NCBI GenBank assembly: GCA_038057125.1 | Contig: JBBUDU010000001.1 | Span: 997 to 64,996 of the forward strand | From: Patescibacteria group bacterium | Lineage (GTDB): Bacteria > Patescibacteriota > Minisyncoccia > Phycocordibacterales > UBA1550 | DNA: 64,000 nt | Direction of reading: 5' to 3' | In this document: positions 63,601 through 64,000 of the stretch, in pieces | How positions within the stretch are numbered: position 1 is the stretch's first letter | How the letters are laid out: every line of letters starts with the position of its first letter | Program-made: the position numbers and the translations under genes | The notes under the pieces: model-generated | What the model was told of the DNA's origin: nothing | The model's database searches: none | The model's input: the letters and a program-made list of their open reading frames with translations, nothing else

Positions 63601-63628
63601 AAAAACCCGCCCTTGAGGCGGGTTTTTC
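63601..63628 (+). terminator. Intrinsic terminator
   Basis: AAAAACCCGCC-CTTGA-GGCGGGTTTTTC. Confidence 0.85.
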
Positions 63629-63678
63629 TGTATATTTACCATATTCTATTTTCCAAATTCCACATTCCGCTCAAAGGC

Positions 63679-63706
63679 TTGACATAGCTTTCCTTTTGTA
63701 TATAAT
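63679..63706 (+). promoter_or_regulatory. Near-consensus sigma-70-type promoter
   Basis: TTGACA (63679-63684), 16-nt spacer, TATAAT (63701-63706). Confidence 0.6.
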
Positions 63707-63712
63707 GGCTGG

Positions 63713-63799
63713 ATTGTTGCATATGAGCAAAACAGAAAATCTTAGGCGGGAATAGGGGGGCTTTTGGCCGCTCGTTGCCCGCTTTATGCGGGTTTTTTC
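63713..63799 (+). ncRNA. Candidate ~85-nt small RNA or terminated leader
   Basis: Bounded by the promoter above and the terminator GCCCGC-TTTAT-GCGGGTTTTTT (63777-63799). Only a 10-codon ORF with no ribosome-binding site inside. Confidence 0.3.
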
Positions 63800-64000
63800 T
63801 TTTCTCATCGATTGAATTTTGACAATTTAATGCTGTCACGCACACCCGTTTACTGGGTCTTGTGGTGTGTGTAGGCAGGCAGGTAAATAACAAAAGTCCA
63901 CGTTTTAAGCAAGCGTGGCAGCCGAGCACCACTACTGGTGCTCGGGAACAAATAATGATTGTGGTTTTTAAATTTCCTAATAAGAAATTTAAGAGCATAT

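Noticed and set aside
63636-63998. 120-aa minus-strand ORF at the right edge
   Set aside because: It spans a promoter, a terminator and several hairpins of the plus strand. Its translation is Cys/His/Lys-rich with no motif, so structured non-coding DNA is more likely.

Overview
Gene-dense, mostly plus-strand window that looks like a small-genome Patescibacteria/CPR (Parcubacteria-like) bacterium. This is an inference from gene content only. All calls come from reading motifs in the ORF translations and the DNA; no homology search, folding or composition statistics were run. Core genes: pgi, secE-nusG-rplK, thyA, argS, ileS, recO, glyQS, metG, rpsF-ssb-rpsR, efp, recA, ftsK and rplJ-rplL. A VKOR/DsbA pair and a histidine kinase/receiver pair are also present. 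Standard genetic code; no rRNA, tRNA or CRISPR array seen. Accessory material: (i) 15.0-27.5 kb between argS and ileS holds an AT-rich block of alkaline-phosphatase-superfamily enzymes and a ~2040-aa beta-propeller/FN3 surface protein. That protein is bracketed by two outward-facing PaaX-like (wHTH + Cas2-like fold) paralogs and several hairpin and palindrome repeats. (ii) 42.3-44.3 kb and 49-60 kb hold peptidoglycan-binding and S-layer-like proteins, a RAYT-type HUH transposase flanked by its own hairpins, two paralogous membrane proteins, and an 1164-aa lipase/LTD/beta-helix protein. Most notable observations: a complete histidine-phosphatase domain nested inside the IleRS catalytic core. 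A recurrent TTATCCACA box sits ~38-40 nt upstream of the -10 element of envelope-protein genes that have long structured leaders. An in-frame 144-bp GC-rich structured insert lies after rplL, flanked by 36-bp repeats that differ only at synonymous positions. A set of 50-60-bp palindromes are all centred on CTATAG. The ribosomal cluster is split, with no rplA next to rplK.
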